Source: Syntrophorhabdaceae bacterium
GTDB taxonomy: Bacteria > Desulfobacterota > Syntrophorhabdia > Syntrophorhabdales > Syntrophorhabdaceae
Direction: 5' to 3'
NCBI GenBank assembly: GCA_963666485.2
Contig: CAXXUO010000003.1
Location: forward strand, 320,001-384,000
DNA length: 64,000 bases
The notes beneath the pieces were generated by a model. The model was given only the letters and a program-made list of their open reading frames with translations, did no database searches and had not been told where the DNA came from. The position numbers were made by a program, and so were the translations under genes. Of the stretch, positions 48,050-58,471 are shown in pieces. Position 1 is the first letter of the stretch; every line of letters starts with the position of its first letter.

Positions 48050-49870
48050 TTATTCCACCGTCACGCTCTTCGCCAGGTTCCTCGGCTGATCGACGTCCGT
48101 GCCGAGATGGTTCGCCATGTAGTACGCCATGAGCTGAAGCGGCACTATCGAGAGGATCGGCTGCAATTCGTAGATCGTTTCGGGGACCACGAATACGGCA
48201 TTCACCCTGGGCGCCATATCATGGTCGAACGTGTCCGTAAAGAGAAAGACCTTACCCCTGCGCGTGATGACCTCTTCTATGTTGGAGCACGTCTTCTTGT
48301 ATGTTTGGTCCTTCGGCGATACGACAACGATAGGCATGTTCTCGTCGATGAGGGCGATCGGCCCGTGCTTCATCTCGCCGGCGGCGTATGCCTCGGCATG
48401 AATGTACGATATCTCCTTGAGCTTGAGGGCGCCTTCGAGGACGGTCGGGAAATTTATGCCCCGGCCGAGGAAGAGAAAGTCGCGATAGTTCATGTTCGCA
48501 CGCGCGATCTCCTCGATCACCTCGCTGGAATCGAGAATGGCGGTGATGTGGTGGGGCAGTTTCTTGACCTCCGTGAGGAGTTTCCTGACATCGTCGCTGT
48601 CGAGCATGCCTCTAAGTTTTCCCAGGTAGAGCATGAGCATGAAGAAAACGGTGATCTGCGTCGTAAATGCCTTTGTGGATGCCACACCGATCTCGGGCCC
48701 GGCATGTGTATAGACGACGCCGTCCGATTCACGCGAGAGCGTGCTTCCGAGGACGTTGCATATCGCAAGGGTATAGAGCCCTTTTTTCCTGACCTCTTTC
48801 ATGGCTGCTATCGTATCCGCGGTCTCCCCGGACTGGGAAACAAGGATGACGAGGTCGTCCTTATCGAGTATCGGGCCGCGATAACGGAACTCGGACGCAA
48901 TGTCCGTCTCGACGGGGATCCTGAGGTTCGCTTCGAACATGTGCTTGCCGATAAGGCAGGCATGATACGATGTGCCGCACGCGATCATCCATATCTTCCT
49001 GACCTTCGAGATGTCGGGAAGCTCGAGGTCCTCGAACACGACCTCTCCTTCTTCTTCGTGTATCCTCCCGATGAGCGTTTCCGACAGGGCGCGCGGCTGC
49101 TCGAAGATCTCCTTGAGCATGAAGTGCCTGTATCCGCCTTTTTCCGCCATTGCGCCCGTCCACTGCACCGTCTTCAGCTCGCGGTCCACTTCCTTCCCGT
49201 CGAAGTCGGTGATCTTCAACCTTCCTTTTGCCAGGATGACGATGTCGTTGTCCTCGAGAAAGATAAAACGGTTGGTCCTGTTTATAATGGCAGGTGCGTC
49301 GCTCGCTATCAGATATTCGTCATCTCCGACACCGACGAGAAGCGGGCTTTCCTTTTTCGCAGCGATCATTGTTTCCGACCCGTCCTGCATAATGCCGACC
49401 GCATAGGAACCCTTCAATCTCTTCAGGGACAGCCGGACCGCTTCCTCGAAGTCGCTGCCTTTTTCGAGATAATCGACGATGAGGTGCGGGATCACCTCTG
49501 TATCCGTGTCTGAAACGAATGACCTGCCATCCTGTCTCAATGACTCTTTGAGTTCCAGGTAGTTCTCGATGATGCCATTATGGACGACCGTGATATCCCG
49601 GACCTTGTGAGGATGCGCATTGCGCTCCGACGGAACGCCGTGCGTCGCCCAGCGCGTATGCGCAAGGCCCATCGATCCTCCGAAATCTTCGTTGCAGATC
49701 ATATTCCACAGGTCGCTCACTTTTCCCTGCTTCCGGGCTATTTTGACCGACCCGTCCTGCGATATGGCGATCCCCGCTGAATCATACCCCCTGTACTCAA
49801 GGCGCCTTAAGGCATCGATAAGAATTTCGCATGCCCCTTCCCTACCCTGATATCCTACAATTCCACACAC
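48050..49870 (-). CDS. glmS: Glutamine--fructose-6-phosphate aminotransferase
   Basis: MCGIVG, LEYRGYDSAG, HTRWATHG, PRNLAKSVTVE. Confidence 0.97.
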   Translation of the reverse strand: MCGIVGYQGREGACEILIDALRRLEYRGYDSAGIAISQDGSVKIARKQGKVSDLWNMICNEDFGGSMGLAHTRWATHGVPSERNAHPHKVRDITVVHNGIIENYLELKESLRQDGRSFVSDTDTEVIPHLIVDYLEKGSDFEEAVRLSLKRLKGSYAVGIMQDGSETMIAAKKESPLLVGVGDDEYLIASDAPAIINRTNRFIFLEDNDIVILAKGRLKITDFDGKEVDRELKTVQWTGAMAEKGGYRHFMLKEIFEQPRALSETLIGRIHEEEGEVVFEDLELPDISKVRKIWMIACGTSYHACLIGKHMFEANLRIPVETDIASEFRYRGPILDKDDLVILVSQSGETADTIAAMKEVRKKGLYTLAICNVLGSTLSRESDGVVYTHAGPEIGVASTKAFTTQITVFFMLMLYLGKLRGMLDSDDVRKLLTEVKKLPHHITAILDSSEVIEEIARANMNYRDFLFLGRGINFPTVLEGALKLKEISYIHAEAYAAGEMKHGPIALIDENMPIVVVSPKDQTYKKTCSNIEEVITRRGKVFLFTDTFDHDMAPRVNAVFVVPETIYELQPILSIVPLQLMAYYMANHLGTDVDQPRNLAKSVTVE

Positions 49871-49890
49871 TCGCGTATCCTCCGTAAACT

Positions 49891-50886
49891 TTACTGGATC
49901 AAACGATATTCGAACGGGCCTATCGTAACCCCCTCCTCCGTCTCGACGCCTTCGATCGAGACAAAACCTCGAATATTTACACTTTTATTGATAATACAGT
50001 CAACGATCATTGAGCAGGGGCCGACCGAAACGTCTTCAGCTATCACGGACCTGCCCATGATGTGGCATGGCGAATTGAGTACCGTGCCACGCCCGATCGT
50101 GACGTCGGGGCCGACATGAATGTCATCACCCAGGAAGGTCACCCCGTTTTGCATATGGCCCGCATTGATCCTCTTGCGCATGACCATAGCTGCCTCGAAG
50201 AGACCTTTCAGTGTGTTCACGCCGAGCACTTCGTCGGATTGAGGGTACATGTAGCCCCTGGCGGGTCTCCCTTCATTCCCTGCTATTTTACAGATGTCGG
50301 TGAGATAACGCTCGCCTTTCCTGTTGTTTTCACCGATAAGGTCTATAAGCTTGAGCTCATTGAAAGGAATGTAGCAGATGCCGGTATTTATCGTCCGCAC
50401 CCTCATTTCTTCATCGCTGGCCTCGGCATGTTCACGGATGTCGCGTATCATATCCCCGTCCATGAGCACCCTGCCATAACCCGACGGGTCGTCTATGTCG
50501 GTCACCAGGAAGACGATCGAGCCTGCCGCACGGCAAAACGTAATGAAATCGGTGAGCATTTCCTTTTTAATGAGCGGAACGTCGCCGAGCAGGACAAGAA
50601 TATCATTTCCCCCGAGTTCTTCCCGGGCGCATTCAAGGGCGTGCGCGGTGCCTCTTTGCTCCGCCTGCAGGGCCGTCATCACACCCGTATCTTTGAGATA
50701 CGGGTCGACGGTCTCGCGCCCGTATCCCGTTACCACGATGACCCGGGAAGGGTCGAGGCTCTGTGCCGCATCGATGACGTATCCGACGAGCGGTTTCCCC
50801 AGGATCTCGTGCATGACCTTCGGTTTCGGGGAATTCATTCTCTCGCCTTTCCCCGCAGCAAGTATAACGACATCAAGGTCCTTCAT
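49891..50886 (-). CDS. glmU: GlmU-like uridyltransferase with truncated acetyltransferase domain (331 aa)
   Basis: LAAGKGERMNSPKPK, GDVPL, GYGR, ERYLTD, GVN; only a few hexapeptide repeats before the stop. Confidence 0.85.
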   Translation of the reverse strand: MKDLDVVILAAGKGERMNSPKPKVMHEILGKPLVGYVIDAAQSLDPSRVIVVTGYGRETVDPYLKDTGVMTALQAEQRGTAHALECAREELGGNDILVLLGDVPLIKKEMLTDFITFCRAAGSIVFLVTDIDDPSGYGRVLMDGDMIRDIREHAEASDEEMRVRTINTGICYIPFNELKLIDLIGENNRKGERYLTDICKIAGNEGRPARGYMYPQSDEVLGVNTLKGLFEAAMVMRKRINAGHMQNGVTFLGDDIHVGPDVTIGRGTVLNSPCHIMGRSVIAEDVSVGPCSMIVDCIINKSVNIRGFVSIEGVETEEGVTIGPFEYRLIQ

Positions 50887-51646
50887 GTATGGGCTCCTTC
50901 TTCCCGAAAAACCGCGCTATGACGATGCTCAGTTCGTACAGCCCCCATAACGGCACTGCAAACAATATCTGGCTGATCACGTCGGGCGGTGTTATGACGG
51001 CGCTCACGATAAAAGCGGCGAGGATCGCATATCTCCGCTTCCTTCTCAGGAAGTGATGATCGATTATCCCGGCCCTGGCGAAGAAATAGGCGACAAGAGG
51101 CATCTCGAATATAAAACCGGAAACAACGAGCAATTTCAACGTCAGGCTCACGTATTCCTTGAGGTCAGGCATCGGGACGATCAGGTCCGAGCCAAAACCG
51201 ACAAAGAAACTGTACAGCCTCGGCATGACGATATAGTAGCAAAACACGACCCCGCCGGCGAAGAACAGGCTCCCCCATATGATCAGGGGGTAGACGTACC
51301 TTTTTTCCTTCTCATAGAGGCCGGGCGAAACGAACATCCACATCTGGTAGATAATGACCGGCGATGATACGGCCACTGCCGTGATGATCCAAATCTTGAA
51401 ATATGTTATGAAAGCCTCGGTGACCCCGGTGAAAATGAAGCTGCTGCCGGCGGGCATGACCTTCTTGAAGGGCAGCAAGAGAAAGACATTCACCTTCTCA
51501 CGAAAATAATATGTCACCAGGAACGCTACACCGATGACCACGAGGCATATGATGATCCGCTGCCTGAGTTCCTGGAGATGTGACACGAAAGGCTGTTTTT
51601 CATCCGGGCTGGCTTTATTTATCATTTCGAATCCGACGAATCCCAT
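50873..51646 (-). CDS. tatC: Twin-arginine translocase TatC
   Basis: SHLQELR, FVSPGLY..EK, FEMP, ITPPD, LYE. Confidence 0.95.
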   Translation of the reverse strand: MGFVGFEMINKASPDEKQPFVSHLQELRQRIIICLVVIGVAFLVTYYFREKVNVFLLLPFKKVMPAGSSFIFTGVTEAFITYFKIWIITAVAVSSPVIIYQMWMFVSPGLYEKEKRYVYPLIIWGSLFFAGGVVFCYYIVMPRLYSFFVGFGSDLIVPMPDLKEYVSLTLKLLVVSGFIFEMPLVAYFFARAGIIDHHFLRRKRRYAILAAFIVSAVITPPDVISQILFAVPLWGLYELSIVIARFFGKKEPIHEGP

Positions 51647-51663
51647 TGGGGCCGCTATCCTGA

Positions 51664-51987
51664 CTAACCCCTGAGATTCTCATAGGGGTCGGGGGTTTTC
51701 TTCCCGGAAGGATCATCACCGGTGCCGGGATTTGTCGCGGCATTGTCCTTTTTTTCGCTTCCCGTCCCTTCGCCCGGGCTCTTTTGGTCTTTTCCCTGGT
51801 CCTTGTCCGGACTTGCGTCGACGTCGAGGTCGCCGACAAAGGACTGTTTGACATCCTCGGTCATCGATCTGACATCATGGATAGCGCGCCCGAGTGACCG
51901 CGCGAGGTCCGGCAGCTTCTTCGGGCCCACGACGAGTAGCGCCACGATCAGGATAAGTATAAGCTCAGGGAGACCAATTCCGAACAT
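51664..51987 (-). CDS. tatB: TatA/TatB translocase subunit
   Basis: MFGIGLPELILILIVALLVVGPKKLPDLARSLG. Confidence 0.85.
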   Translation of the reverse strand: MFGIGLPELILILIVALLVVGPKKLPDLARSLGRAIHDVRSMTEDVKQSFVGDLDVDASPDKDQGKDQKSPGEGTGSEKKDNAATNPGTGDDPSGKKTPDPYENLRG

Positions 51988-52178
51988 TTTCGATAAATTA
52001 TCATAAAAAACACGGTCTTAAAAGGGGATTATGCCGGCCACGGCCCGAAGACCCTTGATCAGCGCCTTTAAACGACTATTCCCGGTGCGGGCGATGCGCG
52101 CATCCTGCCGTCATTGACTAACTTCCCGGAAGTATATTAATCTGAAAAGATTCGAGAGTAAACTTTCAGGGAGGATCT

Positions 52179-52754
52179 ATGAAAAGCGTAAAGGGAACTC
52201 TGACCGAAAAGAACTTGCTGGCGAGCTTTGCGGGGGAATCGCAGGCACGCACGAGGTACACGTATTTCTCGTCGCAGGCGAAGAAGGAAGGATACGAACA
52301 GATATCGTTCATCTTTGCGGACACCGCCGAGAACGAGAAAGAGCACGCCAAGCGCTTCTTTAAATTCCTGGAAGGCGGCGATATTGCAATAACGGCATCC
52401 TACCCGGCCGGAGTGATCGGTACGACGTCAGCGAACCTGAAGGCGGCTGCGGAGGGTGAAAACCACGAACATACGGTGCTTTACCCGGAAGCAGCGAACG
52501 TCGCCGACAGTGAGGGATTCGAAGAGATCGCCCGTGTTTTCCGGGAGATCGCCCGGGTTGAAATGGAGCACGAAAAACGCTACCGCATCCTTCTGAAGAA
52601 CATAGAGACAGGTACCGTTTTCAAGCGGCCATCCCCGATAAAATGGCGCTGCAGGAATTGCGGCTACGTGCATGAGGGTACGGAAGCCCCCGGGACGTGC
52701 CCGGCATGCGATCATCCCCAGGCATATTACGAACTGCTTGCCGAAAATTATTAA
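52179..52754 (+). CDS. rbr: Rubrerythrin
   Basis: FAGESQA, EKEHA, EMEHE, WRCRNCG..CPACDH. Confidence 0.95.
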   Translation: MKSVKGTLTEKNLLASFAGESQARTRYTYFSSQAKKEGYEQISFIFADTAENEKEHAKRFFKFLEGGDIAITASYPAGVIGTTSANLKAAAEGENHEHTVLYPEAANVADSEGFEEIARVFREIARVEMEHEKRYRILLKNIETGTVFKRPSPIKWRCRNCGYVHEGTEAPGTCPACDHPQAYYELLAENY

Positions 52755-52918
52755 GTGCCGTAAGGCGTGAGGGGATAAAAGACAATTAGACAGGGAAGAT
52801 CGGATAAATTAAGGAGATTTACGCCACAAACCATACGTTTTGTGGTATTATCTGCCTTGTCGGCCTGCGCTACACGTGCGGGCCGTAAAAAAATAAGGAC
52901 GGTCACGAAGCAGGGTTT

Positions 52919-53734
52919 ATGAAAATAGCGGGAATACAATTTGCCTGTACGCACGATAAGGACAAGAACGTCAACACGGCGATGAAGCTCCTCAGTGTCG
53001 CGCTGAACGAAAACGCAAGGGTGGTCTGTTTCCAGGAACTGTTCAACCTGCACTGGTTTCCCAGGGACCGCGACGATACCGCCTTTGCCCTTGCCGAGGA
53101 GACCTCCGGAGAGACTGTCAGGCTTTTTCAGGACCAGGTCAAGGGCACGGACACCGTTATCATCCTTCCCATCTTCGAGAAGGCGGGTGAAAAGTACTTC
53201 AATTCTGCCGTTATCATAGACGCGGACGGGACACGCGGCGTCTACAGGAAATTGAATGTTACCGATATACCTCTATGGGAAGAGAAATTTTATTTTTCAC
53301 AGGGCGATACAGGGCTTCCTGTATTTGAAACGCGCCACGGAAAATTCGCTGTACAGATGTCATGGGACAATTTTTTTCCGGAAGGGTCCCGCATCCTCGC
53401 CCTCAAGGGGGCGGACATCGTCTTCGCGCCGACGTCATGCGCCTTCAAATCCCAGCATATATGGCAAACGGTCATATCGTCAAACGCAATAACGAACGGG
53501 ATCTACATCATGCGCGTGAACAGGGCGGGCAGCGAAGAAGCACAGGATTTTTACGGTATGAGCTTCTGCGTCAACCCGGAGGGAGAACTTGTTGGCGGGC
53601 CGACGGGCAGATCGGACACGGTCCTCCTGGCGGACGTCGATCTCGACCGGCTGAAGATGGTCCGGCGTGAATGGCCGATCCTGAAAGAGATCAAGCCGGA
53701 ATTGTACAGTGAACTTCTTGGAGGGAGATCTTGA
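52919..53734 (+). CDS. Carbon-nitrogen hydrolase (nitrilase superfamily); nucleophile position reads Ser
   Basis: CFQELF, YRK, EKFYF; QMSWD in place of the usual ICWD. Confidence 0.85.
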   Translation: MKIAGIQFACTHDKDKNVNTAMKLLSVALNENARVVCFQELFNLHWFPRDRDDTAFALAEETSGETVRLFQDQVKGTDTVIILPIFEKAGEKYFNSAVIIDADGTRGVYRKLNVTDIPLWEEKFYFSQGDTGLPVFETRHGKFAVQMSWDNFFPEGSRILALKGADIVFAPTSCAFKSQHIWQTVISSNAITNGIYIMRVNRAGSEEAQDFYGMSFCVNPEGELVGGPTGRSDTVLLADVDLDRLKMVRREWPILKEIKPELYSELLGGRS

Positions 53735-53901
53735 GCGACGAACCAACCCTTTGCGTGGTGTGTGCATGGCGGGAAAGATGCACAAAGAAATTCATCCATG
53801 GAAAAGATGTGTCCCTGAGATGCCCTGATTTTACGAAAGACCTCCAGATAGAAAAGGACCAAAGGGATGCTGAGATCGATACCGGCAAAGATAATACATG
53901 A
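53731..53901 (+). CDS. Small Cys-rich protein (56 aa), absent from the ORF track
   Basis: TTG start overlaps the upstream stop; RBS GAGGGAG; MSDEPTLCVVCAWRERCTKKF...RCPDFTKD. Confidence 0.7.
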   Translation: MSDEPTLCVVCAWRERCTKKFIHGKDVSLRCPDFTKDLQIEKDQRDAEIDTGKDNT

Positions 53902-55525
53902 CTGCATAGATAGCGCCCGCGCAGGCGGGCTCATTCCAGCCGACGCAAAACTCAACTTCATAATTGAAACACCGCGGGAGGAAGGGTTCGGTGATTACTC
54001 CACGAATATCGCTTTCATCCTGGCCCCGCATCTGAAAAAGAAACCGGTAGATATCGCCCGGCAGCTGGCCGAATCGATGCAGGGCAATGAATCGTGCGAA
54101 TCTGTCTCGGTCGCGGGCGCCGGTTTTATCAATTTTTCGCTCAAGGACAGCCTCTGGCAGGACCTGCTCCACAGGGTCGCGTCGGACGGGATCACACTTC
54201 TTTATCCGGACGTGGGGGCGTCGCGGAACGTCCTTATCGAGTTCGTCAGTGCCAACCCTACCGGGCCTTTGCACATCGGCCACGGCAGGGGAGCTGCGGT
54301 GGGTGATGTTCTGGCAAACCTTCTCAGGAAGACCGGCCACAATGTGGGCCGTGAATATTATATCAATGACGCCGGCCGCCAGATCCGCACACTTGGCCGG
54401 TCCACGTACCTCAGGCTCAAAGAGTTAAAGGGCGAAACGGTAGAGTACCCGACGGACCTCTACCAGGGGGATTACGTGCGCGACATCGCGCGCAAGGTGA
54501 TTGACGAGAACGTCGCCGTACCCGATAGTGAAGACGAGGCCGTGGAGTTCCTCGCATCATATGCCAGCGATCTCATAATGGATGGCATCAAGAAGGACCT
54601 CTATGACTTCGGCGTCGTCTTCGACAGGTATTTCCTGGAATCTACCCTGTATGAGTCGGGTATCGTGGATGAGACCCTCGCTATCCTGAAAGAACGCGGC
54701 ATTGCATATGAACGCGATGGTGCACTCTGGTTCAAAACGAGCCTGTACGAGAAGGACGAGGACCGGGTCCTTATAAAGTCGGACGGGCAGAAGACGTATT
54801 TTACATCCGATATCGCGTACCACCTCGACAAATATAAGCGGTCATTCGATACGCTGGTCGATATCTGGGGCTCCGACCATCATGGCTATATCCCGAGACT
54901 GCGCGCATCCGTGCAGGCCCTGGGAAGGAACAAGGAGGACCTGAAATTCCTGCTTATCCAGTTCGTGACGCTGATCAAGGACGGCAAGCCGGTCGGCATG
55001 TCCACGCGCTCGGGTGAATTTACGACCTTGAGGGAGGTCATGGACGAGGTTGGACGCGACGCCTGCCGCTTCTTCTTCCTCATGCGGAAAAGCGACGCCC
55101 ACCTCGAGTTCGACCTTGACCTGGCCAAGAGGACATCGAATGAAAACCCGGTGTTCTATGTTCAGTATGCCCATGCACGGATAGAGAGCATCTTCCGGAA
55201 TGCACGGGATGCCGGCATAGATACCGAAAATTTGGCCGATGCCGATTGCGGTCTCCTGGCGGTGAAAGAAGAGCTGGACCTTATCAGATGGATCACGCGC
55301 TATCACAGCGTGCTCGAAGGCAGCGCCAGGAATTTAGAGCCCCACAGGGTCACATTTTACCTGATGGAGCTTGTCGGCCGATTCCACAGTTATTATAATA
55401 AGACCCGGGTACTGGGCAACGATGTACGTCTCGTAAGATCGAGACTTCTTTTGCTTCGCGTCCTGCGCGATGTCATCAGGGACGGCCTTGGCCTTATCGG
55501 GGTATCGGCACCCGAGAAGATGTAA
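53867..55525 (+). CDS. argS: Arginine--tRNA ligase
   Basis: SANPTGPLHIGHGR, MSTRSG, YVQYAHAR, APEKM. Confidence 0.97.
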   Translation: MLRSIPAKIIHDCIDSARAGGLIPADAKLNFIIETPREEGFGDYSTNIAFILAPHLKKKPVDIARQLAESMQGNESCESVSVAGAGFINFSLKDSLWQDLLHRVASDGITLLYPDVGASRNVLIEFVSANPTGPLHIGHGRGAAVGDVLANLLRKTGHNVGREYYINDAGRQIRTLGRSTYLRLKELKGETVEYPTDLYQGDYVRDIARKVIDENVAVPDSEDEAVEFLASYASDLIMDGIKKDLYDFGVVFDRYFLESTLYESGIVDETLAILKERGIAYERDGALWFKTSLYEKDEDRVLIKSDGQKTYFTSDIAYHLDKYKRSFDTLVDIWGSDHHGYIPRLRASVQALGRNKEDLKFLLIQFVTLIKDGKPVGMSTRSGEFTTLREVMDEVGRDACRFFFLMRKSDAHLEFDLDLAKRTSNENPVFYVQYAHARIESIFRNARDAGIDTENLADADCGLLAVKEELDLIRWITRYHSVLEGSARNLEPHRVTFYLMELVGRFHSYYNKTRVLGNDVRLVRSRLLLLRVLRDVIRDGLGLIGVSAPEKM

Positions 55526-55564
55526 GTCCCTTAAGCCGTACAAGGTGAAGATGAAGGAGCAGTA

Positions 55565-56194
55565 ATGGATAGAAAGAAAAGCAAGACGAGAGAATATATC
55601 GAGTCTATCATTGTGGCCGCTCTTATTGCGCTTGTGGTCCGGAGCTTCGTTATACAGGCCTATAAGATACCGTCGGGATCGATGGAGCCCACCCTGCTCG
55701 TCGGCGACCACCTTCTCGTCAACAGAATGAGCTATGTCGTCAAAATGCCGTTTACAGACAGTGTCCTGCTCACGACCGGTAAACCGCAGCGGGGCGACAT
55801 TATTGTTTTCCGCTATCCTGAGGACCCGAGCAAGGATTATATCAAGCGCGTTATCGCGACCGGGGGAGAGAAGGTCGAGATAAGAAATAAGGTTATATAC
55901 ATCAACGGTAAGAGGCTTCAGGACCCCTGGGGGCATTTCAGGCCTGATCCCGGTGCGCGCAGTTTTACCCCCTTCGTGGACAAGGACAACGTGCCGCCCG
56001 TCGTTGTACCGAAGGACAATTATTTCGTCATGGGGGATAACCGGGACAACAGCCTCGACAGCCGCTACTGGGGCTATGTCGACAAGAAGCACCTCGTCGG
56101 AAAGGCGCTCATCATCTATTTCTCCTGGGACAACAACGCCATGAGCGCGCTCAACTACATACGCTGGTCACGCATCGGGTGGCTCATAAAATAG
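55565..56194 (+). CDS. lepB: Signal peptidase I
   Basis: IPSGSMEPTL, RGDIIVF, YIKRV, GDNRDNSLDSRYWG. Confidence 0.96.
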   Translation: MDRKKSKTREYIESIIVAALIALVVRSFVIQAYKIPSGSMEPTLLVGDHLLVNRMSYVVKMPFTDSVLLTTGKPQRGDIIVFRYPEDPSKDYIKRVIATGGEKVEIRNKVIYINGKRLQDPWGHFRPDPGARSFTPFVDKDNVPPVVVPKDNYFVMGDNRDNSLDSRYWGYVDKKHLVGKALIIYFSWDNNAMSALNYIRWSRIGWLIK

Positions 56195-56261
56195 GCCCGT
56201 GCCCTTCCCGCCGCTTTCTATGGTTAGATTTCGCGGGTATTGTATGATATTATGGAGAGCA

Positions 56262-57920
56262 ATGAAGATCAAAGCAGTCGTTATTTCGCTTCTTGTGCTG
56301 ATCGGCACCCAACTTCATGCAGCGACCCTTTCCGACTCCATCTGGTACTTTCTCCACGGCTACATCAGTGAATCGACAGGGAATTATCCCGAAGCGCTCG
56401 AATATTACACAAAGGCGCTGAAGGAGAATGGAGCATCGTCCGAGATCAGGACGTCGCTCGCATCCCTGTACGTTAAGAAGGGCGAGTTCACGAAGGCCGA
56501 AGAACTCCTCAACGAGGCGCTGGCCATAAACCCCGCCAACAGGGGCGCGCTCATGTTCATGGCGGGCGTGCAGGCTGCCAAGGGGATGACGTACAAGGCC
56601 AAGGCGCTCTATGAAAAATGCATTGAGCTGAACCCGGAAGATACAGAGGCCTACATGTATCTCGGCTCGATCTATATTGCCGAACGCCAGTATAGCGCCG
56701 CTATTATGATCTACGAGAAGATACTGGCATATGATGACGATAATGTCATTGCCCTGTATTATATCGGGCGTCTGTACGGTGAGACCAAAGATTTCACGAA
56801 GGCGAAAAAATACCTGCTCAAGGCCCTCGAGTTCAAACCCAATTTTTCGCCTGCGCTCCTTGATATCGCCACAATATACGAGATCGAAGGCGATCTGCAG
56901 AAAGCCATCGAATACTACCAGGCCATCATTGCGCAGGACCCCACCGACAAGAAGGCCCGTTCCCGGCTTGCCACGATCTTTATCAGGCAGAAGGAGTACG
57001 ACAAGGCTATTGTGCAGTTCGAGAAATTATCCGACCTCGACCGGCACGATGTCTCGCTGCGCGTTCGCATCGGCCTCTTGCACTACGAAAAGGGGCGGTA
57101 TGATGAAGCGATACGCGAGTTCAACCTCGCCCTCGCCAATAAGAATGACGATACCGTCAGGATATACCTCGCAATGGCATGGCGCGAAAAGGGCGATCTG
57201 AAAAAGGCGCTCGAAGAGCTGAACAAGATCAACCCGAAATCTGAAGAATTTCTCATGGCCATCAGACAGATGACCCTTATCTATATCAAGTCCGGGACAG
57301 TAGACGACGGTATCAAGGCGATATCGAAGTACCTTCCTGAAATAGAGAAAAAACCGGAATTGTATATCCTGATCTCGATGTTGTATGAAGAGAAAAACGA
57401 TTACGTGAATGGCATAAAGGTCCTCGAGGAGGCCCGGAGCATCGACCCGGACAATCTCGATGTGATCTACCAGATAGGCATGATGTATGAAAAGAAGGGT
57501 GACAGCGAAAAAGCCCTTGCAACAATGAAAGAGGTCCTGGCAAAGGACCCGGATTTTCCCAACGCCTTGAACTTCATTGGGTACTCGCTGGCAGAGAAAG
57601 GCATCCGGCTCGATGAGGCCGAGTCCATGATCAGGAAGGCCCTTTCAAAACGTCCCGAAGACGGGTACATCATCGACAGCCTCGGATGGGTCTTCTTTAA
57701 GAAAGGGAATTTCAAGGCTGCGCTGGAGGAGATCCGGAAAGCCAGCATCCTGATGCCTGAAGACCCGACGATCCAGGAACATCTCGGCGATGTCTATGCC
57801 GCTTTGCATGATTACATCAAGGCCGCGCAGCATTACGAAAAATCAATGTCCCTGGAAAAGGACCCCTCGAAGAAGAACTCCGTCCAGCAAAAACTCAATA
57901 CGGTCAAAGAGAAGAAATGA
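56262..57920 (+). CDS. Exported multi-TPR protein
   Basis: Signal peptide; many TPRs; ALNFIGY..DSLGW..EHLGD. Confidence 0.9.
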   Translation: MKIKAVVISLLVLIGTQLHAATLSDSIWYFLHGYISESTGNYPEALEYYTKALKENGASSEIRTSLASLYVKKGEFTKAEELLNEALAINPANRGALMFMAGVQAAKGMTYKAKALYEKCIELNPEDTEAYMYLGSIYIAERQYSAAIMIYEKILAYDDDNVIALYYIGRLYGETKDFTKAKKYLLKALEFKPNFSPALLDIATIYEIEGDLQKAIEYYQAIIAQDPTDKKARSRLATIFIRQKEYDKAIVQFEKLSDLDRHDVSLRVRIGLLHYEKGRYDEAIREFNLALANKNDDTVRIYLAMAWREKGDLKKALEELNKINPKSEEFLMAIRQMTLIYIKSGTVDDGIKAISKYLPEIEKKPELYILISMLYEEKNDYVNGIKVLEEARSIDPDNLDVIYQIGMMYEKKGDSEKALATMKEVLAKDPDFPNALNFIGYSLAEKGIRLDEAESMIRKALSKRPEDGYIIDSLGWVFFKKGNFKAALEEIRKASILMPEDPTIQEHLGDVYAALHDYIKAAQHYEKSMSLEKDPSKKNSVQQKLNTVKEKK

Positions 57921-58471
57921 CACGGAAGGCGGTGCTCCTCCTTTTTGCCCTGCCCCTTCTGTTTGTTTCCTGCGCCCACATGGGCAGGCAGCCGGCCTTC
58001 ATTGCCTGGCCCGAACGTTTTGACTATATCGAGGCCCTGGGGGAGATCGATGTCATGCTCAGGAACAGGCAGTATACCGGGGATATGTCACTCAAGGCAG
58101 AATATCCGCACATGCTCTCTTTCGAGGTATACAGCCCCTTCGGCACGACGATACTTTCTGTCGACCGGTCCGAGGACCATTTCCTCATGCGGACCGATGA
58201 GGGGTTGATAACGAATGAAAATGAATTTTACCGCCTCTTCAATGTTCAAATAGACGACATCATCGAAGACCTCACACTGAAAGGGACTATCCGGACCGAC
58301 GGTCCCGTCCCGTACAAAGAGCGCCCCGGGTACACTGTATATTACTACCTCAACAATGGCGGCAACAGGATATGCTGGAAGGTTGAAGAGGGGGATTTTT
58401 GCATCCGGTTCACCGACGTCAGCTTCTCGCGGGAAAGACCCGATGGAAAAGATAGTAGCGGGACCGATTGA
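57917..58471 (+). CDS. Lipoprotein, LolB-like
   Basis: FVS-C lipobox; YSPFG motif; lies after the TPR gene, as lolB commonly does. Confidence 0.6.
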   Translation: MTRKAVLLLFALPLLFVSCAHMGRQPAFIAWPERFDYIEALGEIDVMLRNRQYTGDMSLKAEYPHMLSFEVYSPFGTTILSVDRSEDHFLMRTDEGLITNENEFYRLFNVQIDDIIEDLTLKGTIRTDGPVPYKERPGYTVYYYLNNGGNRICWKVEEGDFCIRFTDVSFSRERPDGKDSSGTD

